From the NCBI RefSeq assembly GCF_052425735.1, contig NC_135758.1:36394001-36458000 (forward strand): a DNA stretch of 64,000 bases, in the 5' to 3' direction. Position 1 is the first letter of the stretch. Every line of letters begins with the position of its first letter. The stretch comes from Oculina patagonica. Lineage: Eukaryota. The notes below the pieces were generated by a model, which saw nothing but the letters and a program-made list of their open reading frames with translations, did not search any database and was not told where the DNA came from. Below are positions 31,214-42,363 of the stretch, piece after piece. Made by a program: the position numbers and the translations under genes.

Positions 31214-31773
31214 ACCAAATCTCTCAAGGGTCATGACCAATAAAGTGTTTCTTATGAACTCTGATAGTAACATCTACATTTCTATTTCAGCTAGTGTATT
31301 GCGCACTGATAGTCAAATAATTAGGCTTCTTCAACAGATCGCGCGCGAGGTCACGCTCTTTGCGCAATCGGAAATTAAAAGCCTCAAGGCTTGCTTTCTG
31401 ATTCCCCTAAATGTGGGAAGTTTTTTTTATATATGCACAGAACAGGCTAGGTGCAATCGGGTCCAATCGAGGAAAAATAAAGTTTTGGTTTAAAACAAAA
31501 GCACTCTTTCGAAATCCCGCTGTAAAAGCCCTGTTTTCTCATCTTTTACGAGGGAAGTGAAATTTTAGCAAAAAATTTGCACACAGTGTTGGCGCATTTT
31601 TATAACGGAATCCCTTTGATTCAGTTCAAATTTTGCACGCGCGATTGAAAGCTTCTAGCTGTAGCAGCATTTTTTGGCGGGGTTTTTGTAACGTAGCTAA
31701 CACTGCAGTTTATTGCAAGGGTATGGAAAATGTTTAATAAAAATTGTTGGTCATGACTTTCATAATATTTGGT

Positions 31774-31789
31774 GGCTCCTAAAGGAGCC
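31774..31789 (-). promoter_or_regulatory. Histone 3' stem-loop (H2A)
   Basis: Sense AAAC GGCTCC TTTA GGAGCC ACCAA. Confidence 0.93.
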
Positions 31790-31814
31790 GTTTGTTTTTG
31801 TGGGTCAAAGCTCT

Positions 31815-32195
31815 TTAAGCTTTAGCTTTCTTCTCGGTCTTCTTGGGAAGAAGTACAGCTTGGATGTTGGGAAGAACACCTCCCTGTGCGATGGTGACGC
31901 CAGCGAGCAGTTTGTTCAACTCCTCGTCATTACGGACAGCCAGCTGAAGGTGACGGGGGATGATTCTTGTCTTCTTGTTGTCACGAGCAGCGTTGCCCGC
32001 CAACTCGAGGATTTCAGCACTCAAATACTCGAGCACGGCAGCCAAGTACACTGGAGCACCGGCGCCAACACGCTCGCCATAGTTGCCTTTGCGGAGAAGA
32101 CGGTGGATACGACCAACTGGGAACTGAAGCCCTGCTCGGGATGAGCGGGTCTTGGACTTGGTGCCCTTTGCTTTTCCTTTACCGCGACCAGACAT
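31815..32195 (-). CDS. H2A: Histone H2A, canonical (no SQ motif)
   Basis: [12 protein letters not shown]...LLPKKT; 3' stem-loop. Confidence 0.99.
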   Translation of the reverse strand: MSGRGKGKAKGTKSKTRSSRAGLQFPVGRIHRLLRKGNYGERVGAGAPVYLAAVLEYLSAEILELAGNAARDNKKTRIIPRHLQLAVRNDEELNKLLAGVTIAQGGVLPNIQAVLLPKKTEKKAKA

Positions 32196-32308
32196 TGTTG
32201 AAAGTAAGACTCACGAAGATAAGTTTCTAAAAGAATGAATCAAGATGTATGCGCCCCGAATTTTATTTGCCGTTATTCAAGTAGAGAGGATCGAAATACA
32301 CCAATCAG

Positions 32309-33034
32309 GGGTGCTTACCATTTAGCCAAAAAATCCGGAAATTTCGGTTTGAAGTCAAATGGTAAGGTAATTTTCCGGAAATTCCATTCGGAAATTGTGG
32401 ACTACCTCTAGAGGTACTCCACTTTTTCCGTTCGGAACGGAACATCGGAAATTTCCTTACCATTTGAACGAATTTTCCGTTTCCAGGCCCTTTTTAGCAC
32501 CTCCGCGCGGTTTTAGTCGTGTTTACAATATGGCGTCTTAATACCAATTTAGAACGTGTCTGTTCACCTCGACCATAGAAATGCCAGCACTTTGTTAACG
32601 GGAGAAATAAGCTGCCTGCCTCTGGTATTCCACGTTGGAATTGTTCATGTGTCTATATTTTTTCTCGGGACAGGATCTAGCTCAAACGTGCCAAGTGTCA
32701 CTCGACTGCGAAATTCACTCGGTGCGTAGGTGGGAACAGTTACCTCAAAATAACCTTGTATTCTGTTTAAATCGCGTTTCATGGAACAGCTGACGGCAGT
32801 AAACAGCATCAGCCCATCTTCTTCGTCAGAAAGTTTGTTTTCTACCTCGAAGTATTCAGCTATATCGACAGAAAACAACACTGAATTTCGCGCCAGATCG
32901 AGTGAGCGGGAAGGAACGCCTGGTAGAATAATGGTAAGCGAAATCTCATCCGGTTGGTCGCTATATTCGGAAAATCGCTTACCATTATGCAACGGTCACA
33001 CCAACCGGATTTATTTTACAAATGGTAAGCACCC
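32309..33034 (-). mobile_element. Internally deleted Harbinger transposon in the H2A-H2B promoter
   Basis: TIR GGGTGCTTACCATTT; 3-bp CAG TSD; ORF 32645-32992 ends with GYFEVTVPTYAPSEFRS, resembling Harbinger transposase N-termini. Confidence 0.82.
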
Positions 33035-33237
33035 CAGAACTTTCCATTTGACAACATAAGACAAAAGACCTCAGGTGGTATAAACAAAGCACATGCAAAA
33101 TATATGACCTCGAAGGTCAGTTCTGTTAGAATGACCAATCAGTAATCGAGGATTTCGATCCGTATGGTAATTGATCTTTTCTAAATTTTACCATAAATAC
33201 AGGATGCATCGTCTGGCGTTCATTCTAATCCATAGAC

Positions 33238-33609
33238 ATGGCACCCAAAGTTGCAGGAAAGAAAGGCGAGAAGAAAGCCGGAAAGGCAAAGCCCGCGGCT
33301 GATGGAAAGAAGAAGAGAAGGGGAAAGAGAAAGGAAAGCTATGCTATCTACATCTACAAGGTGTTGAAGCAAGTTCACCCTGACACTGGTATCTCCAGCA
33401 AAGCCATGGGCATCATGAACTCGTTCGTCAACGACATCTTCGAGCGCATCGCTACCGAAGCTTCCCGTCTTGCCCACTACAACAAGAAATCAACCATCAG
33501 CTCCCGCGAGATCCAGACCGCCATCAGGCTGCTTCTGCCCGGTGAACTGGCCAAACACGCCGTCAGTGAAGGAACCAAGGCTGTGACCAAGTACACCAGC
33601 AGCAAGTAA
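33238..33609 (+). CDS. H2B: Histone H2B
   Basis: [20 protein letters not shown]...TKYTSSK; 3' stem-loop. Confidence 0.99.
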   Translation: MAPKVAGKKGEKKAGKAKPAADGKKKRRGKRKESYAIYIYKVLKQVHPDTGISSKAMGIMNSFVNDIFERIATEASRLAHYNKKSTISSREIQTAIRLLLPGELAKHAVSEGTKAVTKYTSSK

Positions 33610-33641
33610 ACTCACTTTGTGGGTTTCCCGCCAAAACAAAC

Positions 33642-33657
33642 GGCTCCTTTAGGAGCC
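33642..33657 (+). promoter_or_regulatory. Histone 3' stem-loop (H2B)
   Basis: AAAC GGCTCC TTTA GGAGCC ACCAA. Confidence 0.93.
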
Positions 33658-33941
33658 ACCAAATGTTATAAAAGTCTATGACCAACAGTATGTTCTTTTG
33701 CGCCAGATTTCAGTGCGCGATAACTTTTTTTGGCTGTTATAAAGCTCAAGAGAGGGAATGTTCTGATTTTAATATAAATCTACAGTCGAAGCTCTCGTAA
33801 CCAGGCCAGAGCCGGTTTTATTATTCTCGATATTATTCGCTCTCATAACACGCTGAAACAATAAAGGTTGGTCGTGTTCTATCTCACTCTCAGGGTAACA
33901 CTCTTTCTCGGTTCCAAAACAACTTCTATGCTGCATTACAG

Positions 33942-35401
33942 CTTCGAACAGGACAACTCGGATTAATATTAATCCGATTAATATTAATCCTAATGATTAT
34001 TATAATCCAGTAATAGATTATTATAATCCAGTAATAGATTATTATAATCCGGTAATAGATTATTATAATCTATTACTGAGGTTTGAGCCGTGCCTTAATC
34101 CATTAGGATTAATATTAATCTTACGTAAGATTAATATTAATCGGATTAATATTAATCTTAATAATAAATCTCAACAACTCAATCCTAGTCCAAAGCTTTT
34201 GAACTGAACCATATACTGGCATATACAAAACGCAAAATAGTCAACAGACTTGCGCGTGAAAGATTTCAAATCTATATTTGAATCATGTGGTGCCAACGCA
34301 ACACAACAACAAGGGAGGTAACAAATCCTAAACATCGAGCTAAAAAGACAGAGCGCTCGATCAAAATAATGCAAGAAGCATTGCCTTTACAACACAGAGT
34401 GTCTCTCTGAAACCAACTTTCAGCTTTTTCATAGTAAAGCTGAAACAGTCGCTGGCAACGCCGGACCAAGATAATCGGTGATAAGACGATACATCTTGCA
34501 ACAGTATTGATTAAAATGCCGGGCCCGGCGTCAATAAAATGCAAGTACTGTATATATGATAATGCAAATGCGGCCTTACACTACTGAAGACCTGAAAAAA
34601 ATTTTCAGGTCTTCAGTAGTGTAAGGCCGCATTTGCATTATCATATATATATTTCATTGCTACTGCTGGACACACATTCATTTATTGCAAGTACTGTAGT
34701 TTACATTTTCACGGAACATTCACATCTGGCGAACATTTTGAGAGCCTAAAGCATATCTTGCAAATAGAATTGAGCCAAAACAAACTGACTAGCACAACGT
34801 GGCATAGTACAGATTTAGAGGTGTCATTCAACTCTACAAACGGAAGCAACGCAGCGGACCTCTAGACTTTGGCCACAATCTTACGGCTCTATTCAAAACA
34901 TAATGCCTCCAAATAATAACAGTAACCTTTAGAAAGAAGTCAGAAGCAAATAAGGTCGAAAGACCGAACTTAACACAAAGGTACAAATGTCACAAACGTA
35001 GGAGTCGTGTAGGCCCGTCACCTTTATTTACAATTGACGGATGTGATTAGTGACTTATGTTCTGTCAGTCCTGTGTTGTAAGTCTGCAGTGTGTTTGTCA
35101 TATACATATCTGTCAGATAGTCAAATAGACATACAGTATCTGTTATCCGAACATTCAAGGAATTTTATCGGGATTATAATAGAGATTAATATTAATCCGG
35201 ATTATAATATTAATAATAATCTAATCCTTCGAATTTTTTGCCGTGCCTTAATCTATTACTGGATTATAATAATATATTACTGGATTATAATAATCTATTA
35301 CTGGATTATAATAATCTATTACTGGATTATAATAATCCTATTATAATCTATTATTATTATAATTCGCGGATTAATATTAATCCGAGTTGTCCTGTTCGAA
35401 G
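33942..35401. mobile_element. Foldback-like element with long TIRs and subterminal 21-bp tandem repeats
   Basis: TIR CTTCGAACAGGACAACTCGGATTAATATTAATCCG; inverted arrays of ATCTATTACTGGATTATAATA at 33995-34080 and 35250-35350; TSD not resolved. Confidence 0.8.
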
Positions 35402-35870
35402 AAGGAGTAAGGTTGAAGCCGAGGTTTACCAAGAGATACTAAGACCAGTAGAAAATTTTGTGGAAATAAATTTCTCTTAAAAAACCCTTCATGCGGGTCA
35501 TTTCACTCTAATAAAAATTAACAAACTGAAAAAAACAGAATGTCTATATAAATGTCGTTTATTATTGCAAATAGACAAACATCTTTTACACGTAGACAAT
35601 TTACGGCCACAAAAATGTCCGAAATCCGACGATACGTTTGAAAATCTCCTTAATGCACAGTTTTGAAGCCGAAATGGAGCACCCTCTTGTTGTACTTTAT
35701 AGTACAACAAGAGGGTGTAAATTTGAACAAGAAATTATTCTGCAGTCATTTTCCAACAAGTTGTAACGAGAAGGTGAGACGTTGTAGTACCAGACTTGTG
35801 ACCGGTTGTGACTGTTATTCTGTCACTGTGTTATTTTTTCACACCCTTGACGTCTTTTGCAAAGAAGTCT

Positions 35871-38800
35871 TCATCTGTTGAAAAATCATGAGAGCAAAGT
35901 TTAAGTTGCGAGCTGTTTCAAGATGACCAAGCGGTCAAACACAGATGTAAAGACAACAAATACAAAAAAACTGAGTGCTGAAGAACATGTATAGACAAGT
36001 GAAGGAGTATCGAAAACAAGCTATTGAAAAAAAATATAAAGTCTACTAAAGAAGAATCCTTATTTAATGTGCTGAAGCTTTAATAGGCCTTCAATGCAAG
36101 GAATGAGAAAGAAAGATCGAAGAGGAAATGTCATAGTGAACAGATAGCGATTACAACAATGAAAATATGATTTTTAAATTGTGCTTAGTTTTATGCTTAG
36201 TGGAACAAATAGCAAACTCATTTCCACATATTTTTCTTCCACTGGTGAGCTGACCAGTAGAAATGAAGGCAGTGAAACAAAAGTTTGAACAACTACTATT
36301 AAAAGTCTGTGTGCAGTTTTAATTTAGCTGTGCTTAGTTCCTAGTCCCCGGGTGGGGGATAGGGCGGGAAAGTTTAACCTGGTGAAAATCATTTGAAATT
36401 TTGTCCTACCATCCTCACTGACCAGTGAGCCCGGCTAAACACGCCGGGAATTGGTTGTCTTGGGTACATTCAAACCTGAGATAGTCAGTTACACAACTAA
36501 TAAGAAGTCATTCTGATTGTACCTCACAGCCTTCTTAGCTGTACAATTAGCAAACTCTTATATGAAGGTATATCCTTAGCCTGCAAAACCAGTCTTTTTT
36601 CGGGCCGTCGCTTGTCTCCGCCGACAGCCGGAAATGTGTCTGGGTTCGCAGGCTAGGTATATCCCTGGAACCTGAGAGATCTGTGTGTGAGTGCTGACTG
36701 GGATCAATGCAAAGAGTTATTTCCCAAGGCTTGATCACTTGATCTGGAGTCTAACAAGCTTATGAGGCCCTGCCAGGGGGGTTCCCGTGTCGCTTGTCTA
36801 AATTTAAAAATGTGCCGTGTCGCTGTTTTATCGCTCTTCATGTCGCTGTCGGTAATTAAATTGAAGGAAAATTGCTTGTCCTTGTTGGAATTTAAGTTTT
36901 TCCATAACGGTTGTCGTTTGTCGCGATTTTATTAGTATGCTGTCGCTACTTTTTGAGCCATGTCGCTTGTCGGAATTTACCCTGGCAGGGCCTCGCTTAT
37001 GACTGTGCCACCCTACAACCCGCACTTTTTTTACATTACCATTCATATTAACCCAACCAACCAGAAAAATTTTTTAAGGACTTTAAGAAAGTCTAATATT
37101 AACTCAGAATATTGTCTAACCAGTTGCACCACCGTAAGAATACAAGGACACTATCCCTTCTACATGATAGCCTTAACTGTTTTGTTTGTTGGTAAACAAT
37201 TGTAACTTTGTTGAATCATTATCTTCACTGTTTAAGTTGCAGAAGAATGAGGAGAACATTCAAACCAGCACCCCTCCCTTCCAGGATTTTATCTTTATAA
37301 GCCTCACCCCTTCCCCACAAGTCATTTTTATTCACAACAATAGGTCAATTTCAATATAACTTGACACCAATTGGCTTAGGAAAATAAAACAAAAGAAGTG
37401 ATTTATTCATCCCTCAATCTCTATGTGATTTCTTTTGTTTTATTCCCCTGAGCCTCAGAGCCAAAGTAAAATTTAAATAACAAAATTTGCTAATTCCATT
37501 TGTCTGGAACTGATCCAAACATACAGACAAATTTGTTGGTTGTTCACTAAGGAATACCTGCACTGCATGAGAGGCTACCATATTGATTGAGATCATGCAG
37601 TAACAATGAATGAGTGAATAAAAAGCAATTATTATTTGTTTACCTGATTCTTCCAGTTTGCTTAAGATGGGTTTCAACAGCTCCTCTAGTTCTTGTTTCT
37701 GTTTATAAATGTCTTCAACTGTGGCGTTTTCTTTGTGTGACTCTAGCCAATCATTCTTTTCATCACAGAAACGATTTCCACTAAGCTGTCAGCAAAACAT
37801 GAAAATGCAACCACATATCAAGTCAGCATAACGTCGCTCTGTGGTCTTCAGTGAGTCTATTTTCAAGCTATTGTTAGTAATACTACAGTATTTCAAAAAC
37901 TGCATCAAATGTTTATGTTGTAGTTTGAAATGAATCTCAGTGAAAATGATTTCAATTTGTTTCAATAATTTGCATTTTTCTTTTGACAAGGTTTAGGAGT
38001 ATGGAAATAAATCTGGAACAAAGGTAAATACAAATCAATCATCAAACTAGTTTGAAAGTATTTTAACCTGGAATTCATTTTAAACTACAACATAGGCACA
38101 TTGAGTGCATGTGTTATAACTTTGTCATAATGAAAAGAAGTTCATAAACGTAATGGACAAACCTTATCTTCTCTTGTGAATCGACCCAAGTGCTTCTCTG
38201 GATCAGATATTGTATCCTTCATTGCAGCTATAACTGATAGAAGGGCCTGTTGTGCCTCTAAAAATATGCATTGATAAGTAGTTTAGGTTGAGGTCTTTGC
38301 CACTCTTGTGAGCTTAGGACTCCCTCTGACTAACCTGCAATCAGGTGTTCTTTTATTGAAATGAGGAAGAAGGAAAAAAGAACGCCTGATACATGTACCT
38401 TATTCTCACTTAATTTCGCGAGTATTAAATTTCGCGATTTTCCCGATTTTGAAAAAATCGCTAAATTTAATACTCGCGAAATATAGGAAACGCGAAGTTT
38501 AAAATCGCGAAATTTAGTATCGTACTGATAATATAAAAAAAATAATTAAACTCGATGTGTTTTTATGTAGTTATTCCAACATGTCTGAGCTTCATGTTTA
38601 AGAGTTTTTTAGTTTAATTTTGCCCATTAGTTATCTCCCACTCTATCAGTGGCACTGTTCGAACTGTTCTCTGCCGTCAAGTTCTTCAAAATTTTGCTCT
38701 TGCAGTCGCAGATGAACCTATTAGGTATAAAGACTGTTGAATACCTTATGTTTTGTTATGTGTATATTGTTTTGTTTGCTGTTTTTACGATAACTTTCAT

Positions 38801-40458
38801 ATTAATTATGTCGTTACAGTTTCGAGGTCAAAGCTTCATATTGAAGAATAGATAAAAATCGCGAAATTTAATACACTCCAATTGTACCTTCCTCTCAAAA
38901 TCGCGAAATTAAGAACTCGCGAAATATGGCTCTTGATTTTTCGCGAAATTAAGTACTCGCGAAATTAAGTGAGAATAAGGTATATAACCGGCTGCCAACG
39001 GCCCCCTAATTTAAGTAAACGACCTGAATTGCTCACTTGATTAATCTAGCACTGACATGCACTGACCAAAAGAGCTAAAAATATTTCTATAAGTTTGGAG
39101 TACCTGCTCGGTCTAAATAGTCCACACAGGTGTCCTTTTTGTAGCGAGCTGCAGCTTCTCGTGCTCTCTCACCATGTGCATTTTGTATCTGTAGATCTGC
39201 CCCATTTGTGACCAACACTCTTAGACAGTCAGGATGACCCCAGGATGCAGCTCTGTGCAAAGCTGTATAACCTGTAATAATCAGCCCTAGCATCAATATA
39301 CACGTTCTCCTTACTAGCCTTACTTACTTCTTAAAGTGTCAGGTAAGAGAATTTGAACATATATCAAGATGACTTCCTTGGTGCTTTAGACAACAACAAC
39401 ATCAAGGTTTATTTGACATGCATTTAGTGTCAGTAGTTCTTGTCACCTGAATGAAACTGAAGGCTGGTTTTCATATTACTTTGGAAAAACCACTAACAGT
39501 CTAGAATTTTGTTGTTTAAGTATTTTGATGTTCAATCCAGAATTTTGGCGTTTGAACATCTGGGGCCATCAGGAAACTATATATACCATACTGGACTGTA
39601 TTGGATTTTCCAAACTTTAAAAACCTGGCCTTAGTATTGAAAGCAAACCTTCCAAGATACCCCAGTCCCAGGGTCGCCCACTACCTCTCGGAACGAGTTT
39701 CTTCAATGGTTCTTAAAACAATGGATAACTTAGTTCTTAATGCCCCCAGGTGGGGGATAGGGCCCGAGCCTGTAGATAACAGATCAAAACAATAGGTCCC
39801 CTAGCCCTAGAAAACAATAGAGGTAGTGTTACAATGGGCAAATAAAAATAGAGGTTCCAGAGAGGTAGTGCCTTACTGCAGTCCCACCATGGAACACTTG
39901 GCTATGATCAACCACTAACATTTAAGTTGTGGTACTCTCACTGCAAACAAGCATGACAAGGCAGTTGACTTTCTCTGATTGGTTCCTATATTTGTGTGTT
40001 TTAGCAAATCTCCAGGTTCAGTCTTGATACCTCGGTTTGTTTAGAAAAATCTCTAGATTTCCAGTTGTACTGATTGGCAGGTAAATGCTGGTAAATGGGA
40101 AAGTGTAAAACAGGGGAGCTATGATCCCAACCTTCTTATTGAAACAACAAAAGGTTGGAGCTATTATAGAACAGAGAATAAAAACCCCTTTCTTCTTCGC
40201 CATGGTATATTCGTGATATAGGCTAAAAATACCTTTCTTAGTCTGACTGTTGATTTCTGCTCCGCGTTCTAGAAGCTCTCGAACAATCTCTTTGCGTCCC
40301 AACATGGCTGCTATATCCAGGGCTGACTTGCCATCTTTGTCTCGTTTGTTCAATGCCTGAGCTGGATCAGTGGAATATATACTCTCTGGGTCCTCGAAAA
40401 GCTCTTTAAGTCTTTCAATATCCCCCTTCATTGCAATTTCAATCAATTCTTTGACCAT
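35871..40458 (-). CDS. ANKRD45: Ankyrin repeat protein, ANKRD45-like, about 216 aa
   Basis: Exons 40233-40458, 39104-39271, 38163-38257, 37644-37785, plus tentative 36523-36538 and 35871-35874. Ankyrin repeats (GKSALDIAAMLG, GYTALHRAASWG) followed by ERAREAAARY..CVDYLDRA..DPEKHLGRFTREDK..KNDWLESH..QKQELEELLKPILSKL, matching my recollection of ANKRD45. The last two exons are less certain. Confidence 0.82.
36764..36994. mobile_element. MITE with 6-bp TSD
   Basis: TIR GAGGCCCTGCCAGGG / CCCTGGCAGGGCCTC; GCTTAT on both flanks; partial copy starting at about 10165. Confidence 0.75.
38398..38980. mobile_element. Tc1/mariner-type MITE
   Basis: TIR CCTTATTCTCACTTAATTTCGCGAGTA; TA TSD; TCGCGAAA subrepeats. 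Confidence 0.85.
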
Positions 40459-40988
40459 TTTTTCCAGAAAAATTCTTTAATTTTGTATCCCTCTCTTTCT
40501 CTGTTTACAGTTCGAAGTCCTCGGAAACATACCGTTGACCACAAAGTACAACTGGCGTTTACAAATCCTGACTCGTCCCCAGTACTTCATTTCAGACACG
40601 GACCACCCCGGGACTGCCCCTGTCTGAAATGACTAAACGGCTCTCACACATGGCACACATCAAAGCCTCGGGTAACTATGCTTACACGAAAAAATATATA
40701 AAAAAGTTAATCTTTCTACATATGGAGCGAACAAGTCCTTACTAGTACTGGACTTGAGACAGGGAGACAGGGATTTCGATTTGTCTAAGGTCGATAAACA
40801 TCCTGTCAGTATCTAAACCTCAGCAATTTGTCTGAAGAACATTGTATAATTTCAAGCTTTGTCACTGTCTTCAATTTTTGCTACTGCATTTAAAAATCAA
40901 TATCACAATGACCTTGAAAAGTTCTAGCCCGTTTACTGGATGTCTGTATTTTTCCCACGCTAAACACCACCACGAAGCCTGCCCACTG

Positions 40989-41132
40989 TAGCCTGCAGAA
41001 CAGGCGGTTAATTTTTTTTGCGGGGTTATTGCGAGCTCGCGCGAAGCGCGACCCCACGAGCGCGGAGCGTGAGGGAAAAAACTCGCACTTCGCGCTTCGA
41101 CCCGCAAAATAAACCGCCTGTTCTGCAGGCTA
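40989..41132. mobile_element. Palindromic MITE with 8-bp TSD
   Basis: TIR TAGCCTGCAGAACAGGCGGTT; TSD GCCCACTG. Confidence 0.85.
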
Positions 41133-41693
41133 GCCCACTGGCAAAAAAGATCAAGCTGCACTTTTGACATGGACATCAATAAAAATAAAAAGTAAACTGT
41201 GGGTGGGCCTCAGTGGCACCTTTAATGTTTTTATTGCATAAATTTATGGTCACTTTGAACAGCTTCAACAAGAGTTTTTTAAATTGTTTTACCGTTTTGT
41301 CGATAAGAGAAAAAGAACATACAGTGGAATTTTGATTTCAAGGGAAATAAATTTGTTTCGAGAAATAGGGGAATTTAAAAATCAGGGTAAAATTCCAGTG
41401 TTCGACTTTGTGAAGCAAAACCAAGGGAAACGACTTGTAGAAATCAGAAGTCCATTAAAAACAAAAGGAAAACAAATACGAGATACAGAACTACAAAAAA
41501 GTTCCAGTCTGAGTATTGTATGAAAAGATCATGGTTTATTATAACTAGCTCTTGTTCGTTCTATTATAAAACTAGCACATGGGTAATGTTAAATCCATCA
41601 ACTGTGAACAAATAAAACAAGTGAATTGTTTCATTGGATTTCTTCTAAATTTTTAACAGCTTTATTTTGCAGTTTTTCTTTGTCTAACGGTAA

Positions 41694-41889
41694 AGCCTGG
41701 TTTCACAAGCGACACAAGCGCAAGGATAACAGCTCTTACTTTACCGTGAAAATGGCTTTGGCGCAAGCAAAAGCACAAGCGCACTGCATTTTGTAGCTTT
41801 TACTAGTGCTGGCGTCAAGCACAAGCAAAAGGGTTTTGTCCTTTTTGCGTGCTTGCGCTTGTGCTTGCGTGGCTAGTGAAAACCAGGCT
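41694..41889. mobile_element. Harbinger-type MITE
   Basis: TIR AGCCTGGTTTCAC / GTGAAAACCAGGCT; TAA TSD. Confidence 0.75.
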
Positions 41890-42363
41890 TAACCCAATAC
41901 CCTATTCCACGCCTATGCTAATAGCTATACTATGTGGTATAAACCGGTCATCAGGTGTCTTCCGATAGCCTTAATATGAACTCATGTCAGAAGTATTAAA
42001 AAGGCGGACTTGTCTTTGCCTCTGTAAGACTGCTTCACCGCCATTTTTTGAGTCACCGATTGTGTAAATTTTGAAAAGTTCTGAACGCATTTCCGGGAAA
42101 ATTCAACTTTTAAGTAAGATTTTTATAAAAATGCAAGCAGTTAGCAAAGAAACTGGACGGTAGAACAAGAAACACCAAAACTGGGAAGATATAAAACGTT
42201 CCTCTGTTTTTATTGAGCAGCTGAGTTTTTGAGTCGGACACAGACTATGCGAAATTTTGTTTTTCGGTGTCTTGGGACGATTATGTTCTTGTTTCAAATC
42301 AGTCACATCCGTTACAAGATCTTGCTTTGAAGCGAATGGTCCTCTCAGCTCAAGCGTTTAATT

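Noticed and set aside
33960-35380. CRISPR-like or coding repeats (YYWIIII / LLDYNN ORFs)
   Set aside because: Tandem units without unique spacers, no cas genes, eukaryotic context; they are subterminal repeats of a TIR element.
40775-40840. U7 snRNA (AATTTGTCT-like Sm site)
   Set aside because: No upstream complementarity to the histone HDE and no 3' hairpin.
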